DNA of 62,809 nucleotides, the filler included, from Folioceros fuciformis (taxonomy: Eukaryota): the NCBI GenBank assembly GCA_049999805.1. It is 8 parts of 8 records of this genome, joined end to end, with 100 filler letters (N's around TTAATTAATTAA, not from the genome) between each part and the next. Parts side by side here need not be neighbours in the genome. Positions count along the whole stretch, not along the records: positions 38,165 to 44,282 come from JBNGIO010001287.1; positions 44,383 to 50,939 come from JBNGIO010001288.1; positions 51,040 to 55,433 come from JBNGIO010001289.1; 5 more parts are not named here. One strand, 5' to 3'. The position numbers were made by a program, and so were the translations under genes. This document shows positions 38,324-51,770 of the stretch, in pieces (position 1 is the stretch's first letter; the number at the start of each line of letters is the position of its first letter). The notes below the pieces were generated by a model. It searched no databases and was not told where the DNA came from. It saw only the letters and a list, made by a program, of their open reading frames with translations.

Positions 38324-40887
38324 CATTACCCGAGTTTGAATCGCTCCAAATGTTGCGCCAAAGGCATTTGCACAGGTGTGTGCACGTCGCTGTGCCTGCA
38401 TCACTCCGCCGTCGTGCCCTCTCTTCTCCTCTCTTCTCCTCTCTTCTCTTCATGTCTTGGCTTTTTGCGCTGCCTTCGGCGCTCAAGCCCGGTGTGTCGG
38501 CTCTGCGCAGAATGTTTTTTGCAGATGAAATCTCCTCATGTGTCCCGGCCTACGCAGTGCCCTTTCTGCAAGACACCCAATTATGCTGTGGAGTACCGTG
38601 GCGCCAAGACTTTGGAGGAGAAGGGAGTGGAGCAAGCGGTATGCTCTTCATCCTCCGCTACTCGAATTTGAGGGCCTGAGATGTGAGGGCTCAACTCTGG
38701 TGCCCTACTTGTCTTGTGGATGCAGGAGGAGCAGAAAGTTATAGAGGCCAAGATCAGAATGCGGCAGCAGGAGCTGCAGGACGAAGAGGAGCGTGTGCAG
38801 CGCAGGGAAGATGGCATCCGGGGTGGGATTGTCTCCTCCTTGCCCTCACCGCCCGCTACGCCGTCCAACATTCATGGGGCCTTTCCTGTAACCCTCGACG
38901 ACGCGGAAGTTGATGCTGCAACTGTGATAGATGCCGTGACAGTTGGCGGGAGAGAACCTCGTGCCCGAGGAACTAATGGCAGGCCAGTTGGTACACCTCA
39001 ACCTGGTATTTTTTCTACGGCAGGCCTCTTCGCAACTCCATCTGTAGCGGTCGACCCGGACTCTCTTTGGTTCAGGGCAAGTCACACAACGGATGCAACA
39101 GACTTGGCCGGTGGATTGAGACAACCCAGGCTTGCCTCTGTCAATCTTGCGTCTATGCATATGCCTTCCTCAAATTCTTTGGGAAGTAATTCTGGAGGGA
39201 TTGGGTCTGTGGGTGCTGAACCTGGTGTTGTGTTGGGACCTGTCACTGGAGCCCGAGGGGGAGGCCCAGCCTACGCCCGATTGAATAGGTTTGTTTCCTC
39301 ACCCACTTGTCTTTGCTGAGGCACGACGTAATGCCGCTTTGGCTGAGCGTATTGTCATGTGGAGAGGCACGTGCACCAGCGGCTGCTGTTCTCGAGTCTT
39401 TTTGTCTATTTTGCCCATCCACATTTGTTTCAAGCGTATGTCATCTGATCCTCCCATGGTACCTTGTATATCTGTGCTGGGAGGGTAATTTTCTAGCACA
39501 GATGCCTCAAGGCACTGGGCACGAGGCAAAAGTTCTCAAACTGCGAGGAGTCTCGAGCTCTTGCTTGCATCTGTCTGTTTTATCAGGGCTGTGGTGCAGC
39601 AGTTAGCGAGCACACCATGTGCTGCAGAAACGGCCCTGGCGGCTTCTGAATTAGACTGGGTGTAGGGAGATCTTGCTGGGCCGTGGCCTGCATCAGAAAA
39701 TATGTTTTGCTTGATGGCCTCTCGCCTGTCCTAGGGGTTTTCGATTGTTCATGTCATGATGATTTGAGACAAGGTTTTAACAGTCCTAATTCATTGGCAT
39801 GCCTGCAGGGAGGAAGACTTTGACTTGGATTTGGAGGATATCATGGTTATGGAAGCTATTTGGCTTTCAATCCAGGTACACTCCAGAAGTCTTGTGACAT
39901 GAGAATGTGTTGGTTATCGGCCTTCAGTGCTGCCCTAAACGTTTCTTTGTATGTTATGGGTTCCAGGAGCAAGGTCCACAAAGGCATTCAGAGAACGAAT
40001 CAAACGTAGCTCCAGAAAATGTTTCATCAGTTGTGTCTCAAATTACAGCCAGACATCAGGACTCCAGGATTGGAGAAAACGAGTCACCCTCCTCCAGAAC
40101 AGTGGTCCAAAATGCTGACTCCAGGGAGCCTATTACTAGGCGAAATTCGGTGACAGGTGGGCTTGCTGGGGCAATTGCTGCCTTGGCTGAACGTCAAGTG
40201 GCAGGTGGTGGATCAGGCGATTATGTCACATCGAGCCAGGTTTTCCACACAGCAGACTCTGTAGATTCAGAGCCAACAGAGCAACGAGGTGGCGGAGAAG
40301 GTGCTGAGGAGGAAGGTGGACTGAGCAGTGCAGGTACGGCTGCTGAACTTGTTGCTGAGAATGCTGGGACGTCAAATCCTTCTTCCTACAGCCTACGCAG
40401 GCAACAAGGTTCTGCGGATTGTGAGAGGGGGAGTGAAACGGAAGCATGGCTGCAAGCAAGCCAAATGCGTGAAAGTGCAGGAGTGGCGGATCGCAGGGGG
40501 GGAGTACCCTCGGTCAGTGCTTTGGATTCTTGTTCTGGGTTTCATATGCGGGAGGGGTCTGCAGACCAGGGCAGACCGTCCCTTGGTGCGCAATCTGCAA
40601 GGGAGGGGTGTGGTGTAGGTCCACTTCCCGGGGTGATGAATGATTTTAGTCCACAAGCTGCCAATGTAAGGACGTTGAGTGGTTTGTCTCCCGCCTCAGG
40701 GCCGGTGGGAATTGCACAGGAAGTATCCACCAGCGTCACGTCAGAAACCAGCGGTGAGATGGGTTCAGGTGCTGAGAACATGGTGCCAGAGAGCTTCGAG
40801 GAACAGATGATGCTAGCTATGGCGTTATCCCTAGCAGAAGCGCAGGCTAGGGATGGTAGAGATGAAGAGCGAGGAGCCCAGATGTGA
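38324..40887 (+). CDS. DA2: GW2/DA2-like RING-type E3 ubiquitin ligase; first exons lost in the gap
   Basis: Exons 38324-38375, 38511-38638, 38726-39288, 39809-39875, 39967-40887. Peptide has [76 protein letters not shown] and [18 protein letters not shown]. Confidence 0.92.
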
Positions 40888-41422
40888 ATGATATTTTGTG
40901 GCTTGAGTTCCGCACCCGCATGCTTGGAACGCTCGTACCAGGGTGGTGTTTGTACCAAGCTCTGTGGAATGATGGGTTGGCGATCCGCCTTCCAGGATCC
41001 CCTGACCACGCCACTCTGGACGAAAATGGGCATCTGTCTTGTGGATTGAATCTCATTACTGACAATTGGTTCCTGTCTTCGTTGAGGATAGGTTCACAAG
41101 GGAGAAACGTCACGGGCTTTTGTTGTGCTCTCGTTGGTTCAATCTCTCACCCGTGTCCTAACGATAGCAGTTCATGATTGGATTGACAGGCGGGGTGACC
41201 AATGAACTCATGGCACGAAGGTGACAAGACTTGTTACCCAATAGAGAAAGAACCGAATTAATCCGTCACAATCGCTTTCGTGAGTTGGTGGCACTTGTAA
41301 GTACAGCCCGGGAATACAGAGCGACACGTAGTACGGATGTCTACGCCCAGACAGCAAATGTCTGGTTTTTCTTTTGAATCCAATCCATTGGAGCCACATC
41401 CATGCTGCTGTGATGGGCGGGG

Positions 41423-44282
41423 TCATCTCCAGCCCAGTACAGTGTCAAGCGCAGCAACTCCTGCGATGGAAACGGGGTAGAGCGCAAGGACCGGGGCGGC
41501 CCACCACAGAGGGAATGTCGTCCTCGATCCCGCGATAGCCCCTACCAGTACGACGGTGCAAACGATAACCGTCACCTGCCGCAAGCGGCAAGAAGGCAGC
41601 CGCACCGATGTGAGGGAAACGGTGAACGCGGGACACAAATTTTCATGAGGGTCAAATGGATGTGCTGTACCTCGCTGGAGAAATCCCATGTGAGCCCCCT
41701 GGAGTAGACGAGTGCGAGGAAGAGGCCAAGGCAGCTGCATCGGGATCCGTGTCAGCAAAGGTAGCGAGGTTGGCAGTGCGTGCAAGGCAAGGCAAGGCAA
41801 GGAAGAGTGTGAAGAAAGGGCACCCACAGCGTGTTGTTCATGGTGACCGCTCCGTAAACCTGCGATAGCGTCAATGAGATGTTTCTCTTTCTGCGCTTCA
41901 AAGCGAAGAATATGCTGGACAGCAGTTCGCTTGCATTGGAAGCGAAGGGCGTGACGATGAAGGCCACGAAGAAAGGCGGCACGCCGGAGGCTGTGGAAAA
42001 GCCTCCGATGGTGTCCACCATGGGGTCTGCGAACACCGCCGCCAGCGCTGCCCCCGCGCCCAAGTACAGCACCGCCTTGGTGTATATGGATGACGCATCC
42101 ACGGCCTCTGCACCTCCGCCGGATTCGGAACCGCCGGCCTCGCTCTCCAGAAGCTCCAGGATCTGCGCAAGGGCAACGCACAGCCACCCCGGGGCTCACA
42201 CACGGCACTGCACAACAGGGGGCCGGGCCCGACAGGACCAGCTTGCTCACCTTCTTGGCTTCCAGGGACTGAGCTGCCCAGAAGTTGGCTGCCCCCGAGA
42301 TCTCCAGCATCTGCACCTGCTGACTCCGCCTTTCCTCAGTCATGCGCGTTGCCCATCGGACGATGCCTGTGACGAACTCATTCTGGCTGAGCGTGCCGTC
42401 CTCGTTGCGGTCGAACTCCGCCAGCCACGTCTCCACCTGTTCCTCTGCAGGAATGGAGCTGAGTAACGTGGAGTCAGGACACCAAATATCATGGATGGCA
42501 CTGGATTCCCTCTGCAACCCGTTACGAAGGATGGGATGACCGAGGTGGTTGCAACTCACCCCTCCTCGTCAAGGTCCAGACCGACGATGAGACCTCTCAG
42601 CTCCTCGCCTTCGATCTTACCGTCCTTGTTCTTGTCGAACGAATTGAAGAGTTCCTTCAGCAATGTGGAGTTGAACAGCCCCCCCTGCCAGTGAATGCCA
42701 CCACATCCTTGATTTACAACGCCTCTTCAAGAGTGGATCTTGTACGTACCCACGACCGCGAACAAGGTGAGTGAGCTACCTCTGACACTATTTTGGAGAC
42801 GATGCCCTTGGACTTGGATGTGAAGGAAGAAACACCCTCCAGCGCCCGACTTTTTACGAACTGCAACCGTGCCTCCTGGATCCGCTTCTGTTGGAGCCAG
42901 GGTGAGGCCACCTGCACACACCACGTACATACACGACAATCAGGCCAGTGTTGCAAGCACATACCATCCTCGGATGCAAATAGCCAGGAAAGTGTGGGGC
43001 ATGGCATGAGCCAGAGCGAGCACTTGGTAGGCACTGTAAGCAAGCAGGCCAGCGAATGCCAGCAATGATCCTGCTAGAGCCGCCACTGAGCCTTGTCCTG
43101 GCTGCCCATCTATGAGAGGTATTTGGACGCACAAGTAGGGCAGGACCGAGACTGCCATTATCCGGGCTCCCAACCTGTGGCATGTCAACATAATATTGCA
43201 CCAGTCACATACTCCTTCGCCTTCACCAGCAGCAGCAGCAGCAGGACCACCTGATGGTATTGCTCTCACCGTGTTTGCTCGTCAGTTGTAACTCCTGTGC
43301 CGTTCAGGTCGAAGCCTCTAGACAGTGTCAAGTCTTTTGCGGTGCCATCAGGGCCCGACAGATCGCACCGCCCGGCAACCAGAGACCCAGCCCACGCCAC
43401 AGTGAGGATCATAACAGTGGATCCCGCCAGCACTCCCACCCCTACCATTACCTCCTGTTGTGCCTGCTCCCTTCCCCACCCAGCAAGGTCCCCTTACCTC
43501 CCAGCAATCCGACACCAGCGCACCGAACCGAAGACGGAAGCCTGACCTACCTGCTGCACGCTGCCTGCCGTTCCGGAGACACAAATCAGGAGCGCGTCCG
43601 GAAGAGCTCCTAAAATGGGAAGCACAAGTCCACCCAGCAGCCCCGGATTCATCACCTGCCCACATCCACATAACACCACGACATCACCCAACCCTGCACT
43701 GCACCTTCACCGCCGGCAACTCCAGGCCTGCATTGCTGCACTCCTGATGCCTCACCTCCAGCAAGAGCTCGCTGCCCTCCGAGATGAATGTAGCTGCCGT
43801 GAACAGAACGTAGCCGTACACCAGCATGAGAAACAAATTCCCACCCACAGTCGTAGAGCACGGCAGCAGGCCATACGTTTCCTCACATCCGCACGCTGCT
43901 TCTGCACTCGCGACATCCAGGATGGGAGCAGCTCGCAAAGGCGCAGCAACAGTTCCATATCCGCCATCAAAGCTCTCTTCCGTCCGCAAAATGCTGGCAG
44001 AGAATTCCTGGACTATCCCCCCACGCCACGAGGGGGCAGCGGCTGCAGGGCTTGGCTCCCAAACGGAAACTCCAAGCAAAAGACTGAGAGCAGCGCAAAG
44101 CGAGATAGCCGGTTGGACCGCCCCAGCTGCCTTGTCGTCTGTTGTGCCGGAAGCCAGACTACCCGAGCTAGTTGCAATGGCTCCGCGGACAGCAGCCTGC
44201 CGCTGCCACGCGGCCAGCAATGATCTGCGGGCTTCACAGCAGCGGGCAGCCGCAGCAGGACTGGAATCAAAACTCCTGGCAT
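41423..44282 (-). CDS. NCL: Na+/Ca2+ exchanger-like protein with EF-hands (NCL/EF-CAX family), many short introns; start probably in or near the gap
   Basis: Exon peptides CEETYGLLPCSTTVGGNLFL, SEGSELLLE, PGLLGGLVLPILGALPDALLI, VGVGVLAGSTVMILT, EF loops FDKNKDGKI and FDRNEDGTLSQNEF, FADPMVD, PFASNASE, SLTLSQVYGAVTMNNTL. Confidence 0.9.
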
Positions 44283-44599
44283 NNNNNNNNNNNNNNNNNN
44301 NNNNNNNNNNNNNNNNNNNNNNNNNNTTAATTAATTAANNNNNNNNNNNNNNNNNNNNNNNNNNNNNNNNNNNNNNNNNNNNAGCTAACACGTGGGCCCT
44401 ACACGTGGCCCGCCGGATGTGGCTCCCGCCCGGGTCGATCGGCGCCTCATATCCCCGATCCACATCCCACGCCTTTTTCAGGGAAAAGGTTCAGGACCAG
44501 GTCGCCGCAGGCCCAAGGCACCGGCCCCGGCCCCGGCCAGCCAGTGTGAACAGGAAGAGCATCGCAAAGGCACCCCCCCTAGTCCAGATCCCGACGCGT

Positions 44600-44975
44600 C
44601 ATTGCCCCTGCCCCTGCATCTGCCCCTGCCCTTGCCCTTGTCCTTGCCGAGCTTGCCCTTGCCCTGGCCGGGCTTGCCCTTGGCCTTGCCGAGCTTGCCC
44701 TTGCCCTGGCCGGGCTTGCCCTTGGCCCTCGCCTTTGCCTGCCCTTGCGCAAACCTTGCCCTTGGCCCTCGCCTTTGCCTGCCCTTGCGCAAACCTTGCC
44801 CTTGGCCCTCGCCCTTGCCTGCCCTTGCCGACCTTGCCTGCCCTTGCCGACCTTGCCTGCCCTTGCCGACCTTGCCTGCCCTTGCCGGCCCTTGGCCCTC
44901 GCCCTTACCTGCCCTTGCCCTTGCCCTTGCGCAAACCTTGCCCTGCCAACCTTGCCCCTTTGCCCTTTCCCTGGC
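44600..44975. repeat. Low-complexity (CCTTGC)-based minisatellite with higher-order 40-50 bp duplicated units
   Basis: Units such as CCTTGCCGAGCTTGCCCTTGCCCTGGCCGGGCTTGCCCTTGGC (x2), CCTTGGCCCTCGCCTTTGCCTGCCCTTGCGCAAACCTTGC (x2) and CCTTGCCGACCTTGCCTGC (x3). Confidence 0.9.
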
Positions 44976-45620
44976 GGGCCTCCTAGCCTTGACTTCACCT
45001 CACCTGCTCAGCCGCAGTGACGAACGTGTGAGAGGGCCAGGACGACTCCAAGTCCCATCCTGCTCGAGTACACAAAACGCACAAACACGCAGCCCTGCCT
45101 CCGCGCCCTCGCCTCCTATTCGTATTTCTCCCTGCTCTAGCCTCAGTACCGCCTCAGCAATCTCAGCGCATCCCACAAGCAAGTAGTGTAGTCCACAGCC
45201 ATGCCAGGCCATGTCCCACACACCATATGAGCAGGGACACAGCTTGCAGCTACCGCTACTCGAAAACATGTGCTAACGTACATCCATTTACATACCTACT
45301 ATACACCTCTGTAGGGTTGAAATAGTCTTCCAAAGTTTTCTTCAAAACCAAATCATCTCACCCAGGAAGGATGCAGGACAATCCTGCTACCTGGTGAGAG
45401 CCGCCTTCCGTGGCGTAAATATGTACCTGAACCACCTACAACCTAAACCTCCTCCAATGTGGATTGGATAACCATAATAATAATAACCTAAACCAACCGG
45501 CACCACCACCAGCAATCGTAAAAATTTATCAACACAACCATTAACCCGGGGCTTGCACAACACCCCGAGCCACCCACCCCACCTAACATAAACCTTCCCA
45601 CCACCACCACCTTATGATAA

Positions 45621-48280
45621 TCACACGGTTTTGCTGCCGTTCGCCCTCGTTTTCTGACCTTTCCCAAATATAGCCTTCACCACTGCTTGGAAACTTCTCT
45701 TCCGCTTTGGCACCGTCGTACTACCTACAGCTACAGGAGAAGGCCTCGGTGTCTCCACAATCGGATCCTCCTTCTCTTGTGTCACAGGCATATGGATGTT
45801 CAAAAATTGCCCCAACGACTCAGATTGCTTTCCTGCTCTCGCTGGTTTGTATAACTCTCCAGATTGTTGCCGAGATCCGACTGGGGTACCCGACATCAAG
45901 TCACTGTCAACTCTTGTAGGGGGAGTTCCAATTCCCGAACCAAGACCAAGTTCTCTTGAATGATCAGCACCTTTGCGTCTTTGCTCGTTCTCAGACCTGT
46001 GCTTTCTCAATTCGCCCTCGATCTTGGACTTGGCTTCTTCAGCCTTCTCTGCCCTTTTCAGAGCCAAACCAGCTGCTTCCCGACTGATGTCTAAGTCTGA
46101 AAGGGTTGCCTGCAATCTGGTAACCAATTCCCTTTCAGCAGCCTGGGAGGCAGCCCATTGAGCTAAGGCAGCCTCCACTTTCTTTTTTGAAACATCTTCC
46201 ACCTCCACTATTTTCTTCTTCAGGGCATCATACTCCTCTCTAGACAGTGTAACTTCTGCTCCTGCTTCCTTTTCGCCGGCTGCAGGCTCCCCTTGCTCAG
46301 AATGCTTCTCCATCAGGTTTTTGCATTCCGACAGTGCCAATGTCTCAGCCGCCTTGGCTGCTTCCACTTCCTTCAGAGCCGCTTGTAACCTCCTCTCCGT
46401 GGTATCTAGAGCAGCTTTTGCTTGCTCTGCCTCTGCTTTAGCCTTCGCTGCGTCCTCAGTGCACTGACTGACTAGTTTCTTTGCTGAATCTGCCTCTGCG
46501 GTCACCTGGTGCAAAGCCTCCGTTAAGGCCCCAACTTGTTCCTTCGCTTTTGCCTCTGCCGCTGATACTGACGATAGATCTGCTATAGTCTTCTCCAAGT
46601 CACCAGCCAAAGCAGAGTACTCCTCTGCAGACCTCGAATCTTTGATCTTCAAGTCCACAAGTTCTGTGTGCTCAGTATCATAGTCAGCTCGCAATGAGTT
46701 GAACGAGCTTCGCAGAGAGGCTTCCTCCTCCTGCAATATCTTGATCTGCGAGAGGGCCTGCTGCAAATCACCGGCGGCCTTCCCATGCTTCACCTTTAAT
46801 TCCGAAAGCTCCACATTCTCCTTGTCATAGGCTGACTGCAAAGTTGCAAAAGCTCCTCGTAAGGATTCCTCTTCTACTTGCAACCTGTTAAGTAGCGTCC
46901 GAGTCTGCTCCAGTTCAGCTTCACTGGCGGCTTTTGCTGCCTTCACTTCATCGAGCTCTACTTTTAACTTCGATTCAATCGATTTCAACTCACGAATTTC
47001 CGCAGAAGCCCTGGCCTCAGATTCTTTTAAAGCTGCCACGTCCTTCTCCAACTTCTCAACTGCTAACGTGGCTGATGCAAGCTTTCCCTCCGACTCTTTG
47101 ACAGCAGTCAGTTGCTTCTTCAACTCCAATATCTCCTCCTTGTCTGAGGCAGCAGATTTGGCTCCCGAATCTTTCAAGTAAGCCACATCCTTCTTCAGCT
47201 TCTCTGCTGCCAAAGTGGCCGCTGCAAGTTCTACCTCCAATTCTTTGGCAGAAGTCAATTGCTTCTTCAGGTCTTCAATTTCCTTCTTGTTTGCGACAGC
47301 ACCTGCCTTAAGCTCTGCCAACTCAGCTGAAAGAGCCGCTCTTTCACTTTCCAGCTTTGCGTTGGCCACCTTTACACCGGCTAGGGCTTCTTCGGTCCGA
47401 AGTACCTTCCCCTTGAGAGTTTCTATTTCCTCTTGACGTAGAGCGGCAGCAGCCTCTGCTTCGTTTTTCGCCTTATTTATCTCGTCCGCATGAGCAAGCG
47501 ATTGTTGTCCAGTAGCCTCTGCTGTTCTCTGTAGCTCTGCTTTCAATTTCTCGATATCATGACCTGCAGACTGAAGCTGAGCTGTGACATTAGAGAGTTG
47601 CTGCTGTAGTTGTGAGACCTCAGCCTCCCATGCTTTATTTCTCTCAGCAAGTTCCTTGCTCTTGGCACTAAGCACTTCATCGGCTTGAAGCTTTTCCCCG
47701 TTTGCTGCCTCAACGGCCTTTGCGTGTGAGGACAGAGCCTCTTCCAGTGCCTTGGTCTTCGCAGCCAAAGTAGTTTCCAGCTCATGCACAGCCTTGGCGT
47801 GGGCCTTCTCAGTTTCCGTCAACTGCTCCTTAAGCCGAGACAAGTCCTCATGCCCCCTTCTCAAATCTGATTCCAGAGCGATACGTTTCTGGTGCGATGG
47901 AAAGAGCATGTTAGAAGCACTCAGAGAGGAGGAAAGCCCGTGACAATTGCTCCACAAAGAGGGGTTTCTGCTCAGGTCGCGGAATTTTGCAAGTCACATC
48001 ATAACTACGGACGCAGGGATTACCGAAGATATTTGCACCTTCAAGGGACAACCACATTGAACAACGAAGCAAAGGCAGTGTGGGGAATGCTTAACAGCAA
48101 GAGACCAACCTCAGCGCTTGAAGGCAGTCGACGCCCCTTCCCATCTCTCTCGTTAAAATCAGCCTTCTCCCCAAACAGACTAACCGCCGCTCTCACCGAC
48201 TCGAACGGTGCTGTAGTGTCAATAATGGCAGTGCCTCCTCGGGGACTAACTATGTGGGGGGACGAATTGTTCTCAGCCAT
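45621..48280 (-). CDS. WEB1/PMI2-family (DUF827, weak chloroplast movement under blue light) coiled-coil protein
   Basis: Exon 1 48280-48110 contains IDTTAPFESVRAAVSLFGE, the family N-terminal signature. Exon 2 47888-45621 is a long A/E/K/L heptad coiled coil with LSREEYDAL and AEEAKSKIEGELRKHRSENEQRRK. Confidence 0.88.
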
Positions 48281-49914
48281 AGATACTGCAAGCGGCACAA
48301 CAAAAACGTGATCAGGCTGGGCAGCACGTTACAGGTAGCAAGCAATGCCGGTAAAGCATCAGGTCAGCCCGCATTAACGTTATCTCCATTTCCAATCAAT
48401 CCGGTTCTAACTCGCATGTAGTTCCCTGGCCGGTGCCACGATACCTGTCAACCTGCACTTTGCCTACCTATGTAAGGTTGCCAATGAACCAAGCTCAGAT
48501 CCAGAGCACCTGCTATGCACAGACTCCATGCATGTCCACATACACCATCTGTTGCAACCAGAACATCGGACGACGACCTGCTGAGAACGTGCATTCACCT
48601 CATCCTGCACCCCCTCTTTCTCCCGATCCATACGGCTTCTGTTAAAACGGGGACCACGCCCTGCAGTGATGTACGGACAACCTAACACCCCGCTTCAGTA
48701 GCCCGTGATGTCAACCATCCTCCACAACATACGAACGCCACCACTCCCGACTGTCGAACAGCGTGTCAGTTAATCAAAATTACCCCGGATTCCAATGCCA
48801 TCAACAACGCGGTACACGGCTGCGACGAAAGAGGCTGACAGTCGCAGCACATCTGCCTCTCCAATCCACTGGGCATCACAAGCGCCTGCCTGCCTACGTT
48901 CCAGCTTCCTCTGACAGAGGACACGCAACTTACGAGATGGCGGAAGCAAGCAGAGGTTAGGATGACGACAAGAAAACGAGGCCGTAGAGTGAGTGCACAC
49001 CTTTAAAACAGGATCGCGGGGCTGACGTGCGATGGATGACGCACTCCGCTCTCCGCAGGGCGGCAGTAGGAATCGAGCTGCCGGGATCATTCACAACGTT
49101 GCACACAACTGAGCAAGCAAGACGACGACCACGTTCCAGGGCGTAGCAGGAGACGAGCGAGCCATAGGCGCGGGTGGGAAGGGCAGCTGGAGCTGCAGCG
49201 ACTAATCTGATGAGCTGCGTTTTCAGGACTGGCGCGGCTACCGGACTGCAGGGGCGAGCTGGTGGTCCTGACAGCCAGACTGCGGCGGACGACAGAGAGA
49301 GAATAAGCCGAATCTGAGGAAGGCGAAGCGAAGCGAAACGAGCCGAGCCGCAGCGCTAGCGTTACTTCGAGGCCAGTCGCGCAACAGCAGGGTCAAGTAC
49401 AGCGTCTCCAGTCCCTTCTACTGGCTCGTCACAAGTTTCGATCTTCGTATGGAATCGTTCACAGCCTTCAAATTTAAACGCATTACAAAATGCAGGAAAC
49501 GCATCATATTTCTACCTATATTTGTTTGCGTTGAGCTTAGTTGTACGCCCTTTTAACGCCGGGCAAATCCCATCGGGAACACCAGCCCAAGGGGGACTAG
49601 AACCAGTTGTCGTCCATCTACGTGCGTACCTTCGTGAGCACGGATGGTGCTCGGTTTTGTGAAATTAGATTTTTATTATTATATATTATTAATATTTTAC
49701 TTTTAATAATATTATAGTATAGCCAAAGAATCTTTATAATATATATTTTAAAACTTTTTGACTAAAGCAAGATTTTAGTCAACCTCATACTCATACTCAT
49801 ACTAGCCCAACCAAGCATGTATTTGTCATTATTAACCATTATTCATATGTCTTGAACTTTTAAATGTGCCAGTGTAGTGTACCTCGTCTTCAATGTATGG
49901 TGTGTCATGAGGAG

Positions 49915-49991
49915 GTGGTGACCTAGAATGAGAGGATAGAAGTGAAGGAAAAGTGGTGACCTAGAATGAGAGGATAGAAGTGAAGGAAAAG
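49915..49991. repeat. Tandem duplication of ~38 bp
   Basis: GTGGTGACCTAGAATGAGAGGATAGAAGTGAAGGAAAA occurs twice head-to-tail. Confidence 0.9.
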
Positions 49992-50367
49992 TTTCACTGT
50001 AGAAATGGGGTAATTAGTTATAGTAGAGCTCTCACTACGACCAAAGATAGAGTTATGAGATATGGACACCACATATGTACATATGTTTTCAAAACATGCT
50101 TGAAAACCCATGCCTCATGTTCTAAACGACATATGAGTTTATGTATCCACTATTAATCACTCTTGTCTTTGACGTTATATGTAATTTACCACTTAATGGA
50201 AATGTACTAAAACAGAGATTGCTTATAGTTTTTAGCCTTTTGGTGGAAAAAGTTATTCATGTTTTTAAAAAATCATAAACTTACACGTTATAATGAATTA
50301 TTGAGAAAAAATGGGATATACAAATACAATCATTAAAATAGAAAAAATCTAGAAGTTCTAAGAATTT

Positions 50368-50442
50368 ACTAGAAAATATAGACCATGCATATGCACATGT
50401 GATCACTAGAAAATATAGACCATGCATATGCACATGTGATCA
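50368..50442. repeat. Tandem duplication of ~37 bp
   Basis: ACTAGAAAATATAGACCATGCATATGCACATGTGATC occurs twice head-to-tail. Confidence 0.9.
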
Positions 50443-51039
50443 CAAGAATATCTAAAAATATAGAGTTTAACTCAGTGGTTCTTTCTTATAGAAAGTGGAT
50501 TTACAGTATACGCAAGATGTATGCGACTTAAACATTGGAATCTAGACTTTCCAGTGTATCCATCAAGTAATTCAATTTTATAATAGTATGCATCTTTAAC
50601 ATTTGAAGTTAAGGTTTTTTTCTATCTTTAAGCATGAAGAAAATCGTCTTTAATCATGTACATAGTTGAAACTCTACAATTAAGTATCCTTTAAGGGAAT
50701 CCATATTAGGATGGGGGTTGTAAAAAATGTGTTTCATGATCAGGACAACAAAGAAGAACCATACTCCATTTGAGTGGGTAAGGAAGAACCTTAATGCGTC
50801 ATACCCTCGCTGACAAGAAAGAGCTTTCTTACACCATATCATAAGTATTCAAGGAAGGAAGGAAGTTGTGTTTGTGTCAAGCTTGTGTCCCGAACAAGAT
50901 AAGCTAGGATACGATATGATACTAAAGGCTAAAAAGATANNNNNNNNNNNNNNNNNNNNNNNNNNNNNNNNNNNNNNNNNNNNTTAATTAATTAANNNNN
51001 NNNNNNNNNNNNNNNNNNNNNNNNNNNNNNNNNNNNNNN

Positions 51040-51770
51040 GAGTGGGAAAGGAAGTTATGTGAGGATCTAGGAATGCTTCAAAAGGGCCCCACCATCCTCA
51101 ACTGTGATAATATGTCAGCCATTGCAATGGTGGCCAATCCTGTCTTTCATGCCCGCACTAAGCACATTGAGATTCAACATCATTATGTCAGAGATGCAGC
51201 TGAGAGGGGCATAGTAAAGATTCAGTATGTGCCTACTGATCTTAATATGGCTGATGTATTGACAAAGTCACTTCCTAAGTTTAGACATTGTTTTCATAGG
51301 GAAGGACTTGGTCTTGTAGACTGTAGTAGTTATGTTGCTTAAGAAAACTTGAAGACATGGTGATGATACTCCTTCTGACTTCATCAAGTGCAAGGGTAAC
51401 TGAAACTGCAGTATTACTTTTGTTCTAGTCATGACTAGTGCGCTACTGTAAGGGTTGTCGTCTGCGACAGACTTCTTGACAGTGTCAGCGGTTGGAAGAT
51501 TTGACAGCCGAGCTGAAGTAGATAGCTTACAGTATCAGACTCTCACAAGTGCTGGTCTCTATAAGAGCTCTCATAACTCTAAAGTGACTGAGAGGGAGAG
51601 TTAGAAGAGGTAGCAGTTCACTTGAGTTATGTAACCTTAGGTCTAGAAAGCTTAGCAAAGTAACTGATAGGTTAGTTATCTAGACTAGTGAAAGGACACA
51701 CCCTTTCGGGTGGTACCTATAAAAGGACAATTAAGTGTACTTCACAATTTAATCTTAATTCAACTTTTGT
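51040..51770 (+). mobile_element. 3' end of a copia element: RNase H tail, 3' UTR, PPT and degenerate LTR
   Basis: CDNMSAIAMVANPVFHARTKHIEIQHHYVRD...NMADVLTKSL (51073-51342) and purine tract GAGAGGGAG at ~51590. LTR end is uncertain. Confidence 0.8.

Noticed and set aside
44392-45186. Pro/Leu-rich 264-aa and Cys/Pro-rich 193-aa ORFs resembling extensin or metallothionein
   Set aside because: Translations of the CCTTGC minisatellite; open in several frames because the repeat lacks stops.
49915-50442. 37-38 bp direct repeats as a possible CRISPR-like array
   Set aside because: Only two adjacent copies each, no spacers, eukaryotic context; simple slippage duplications.
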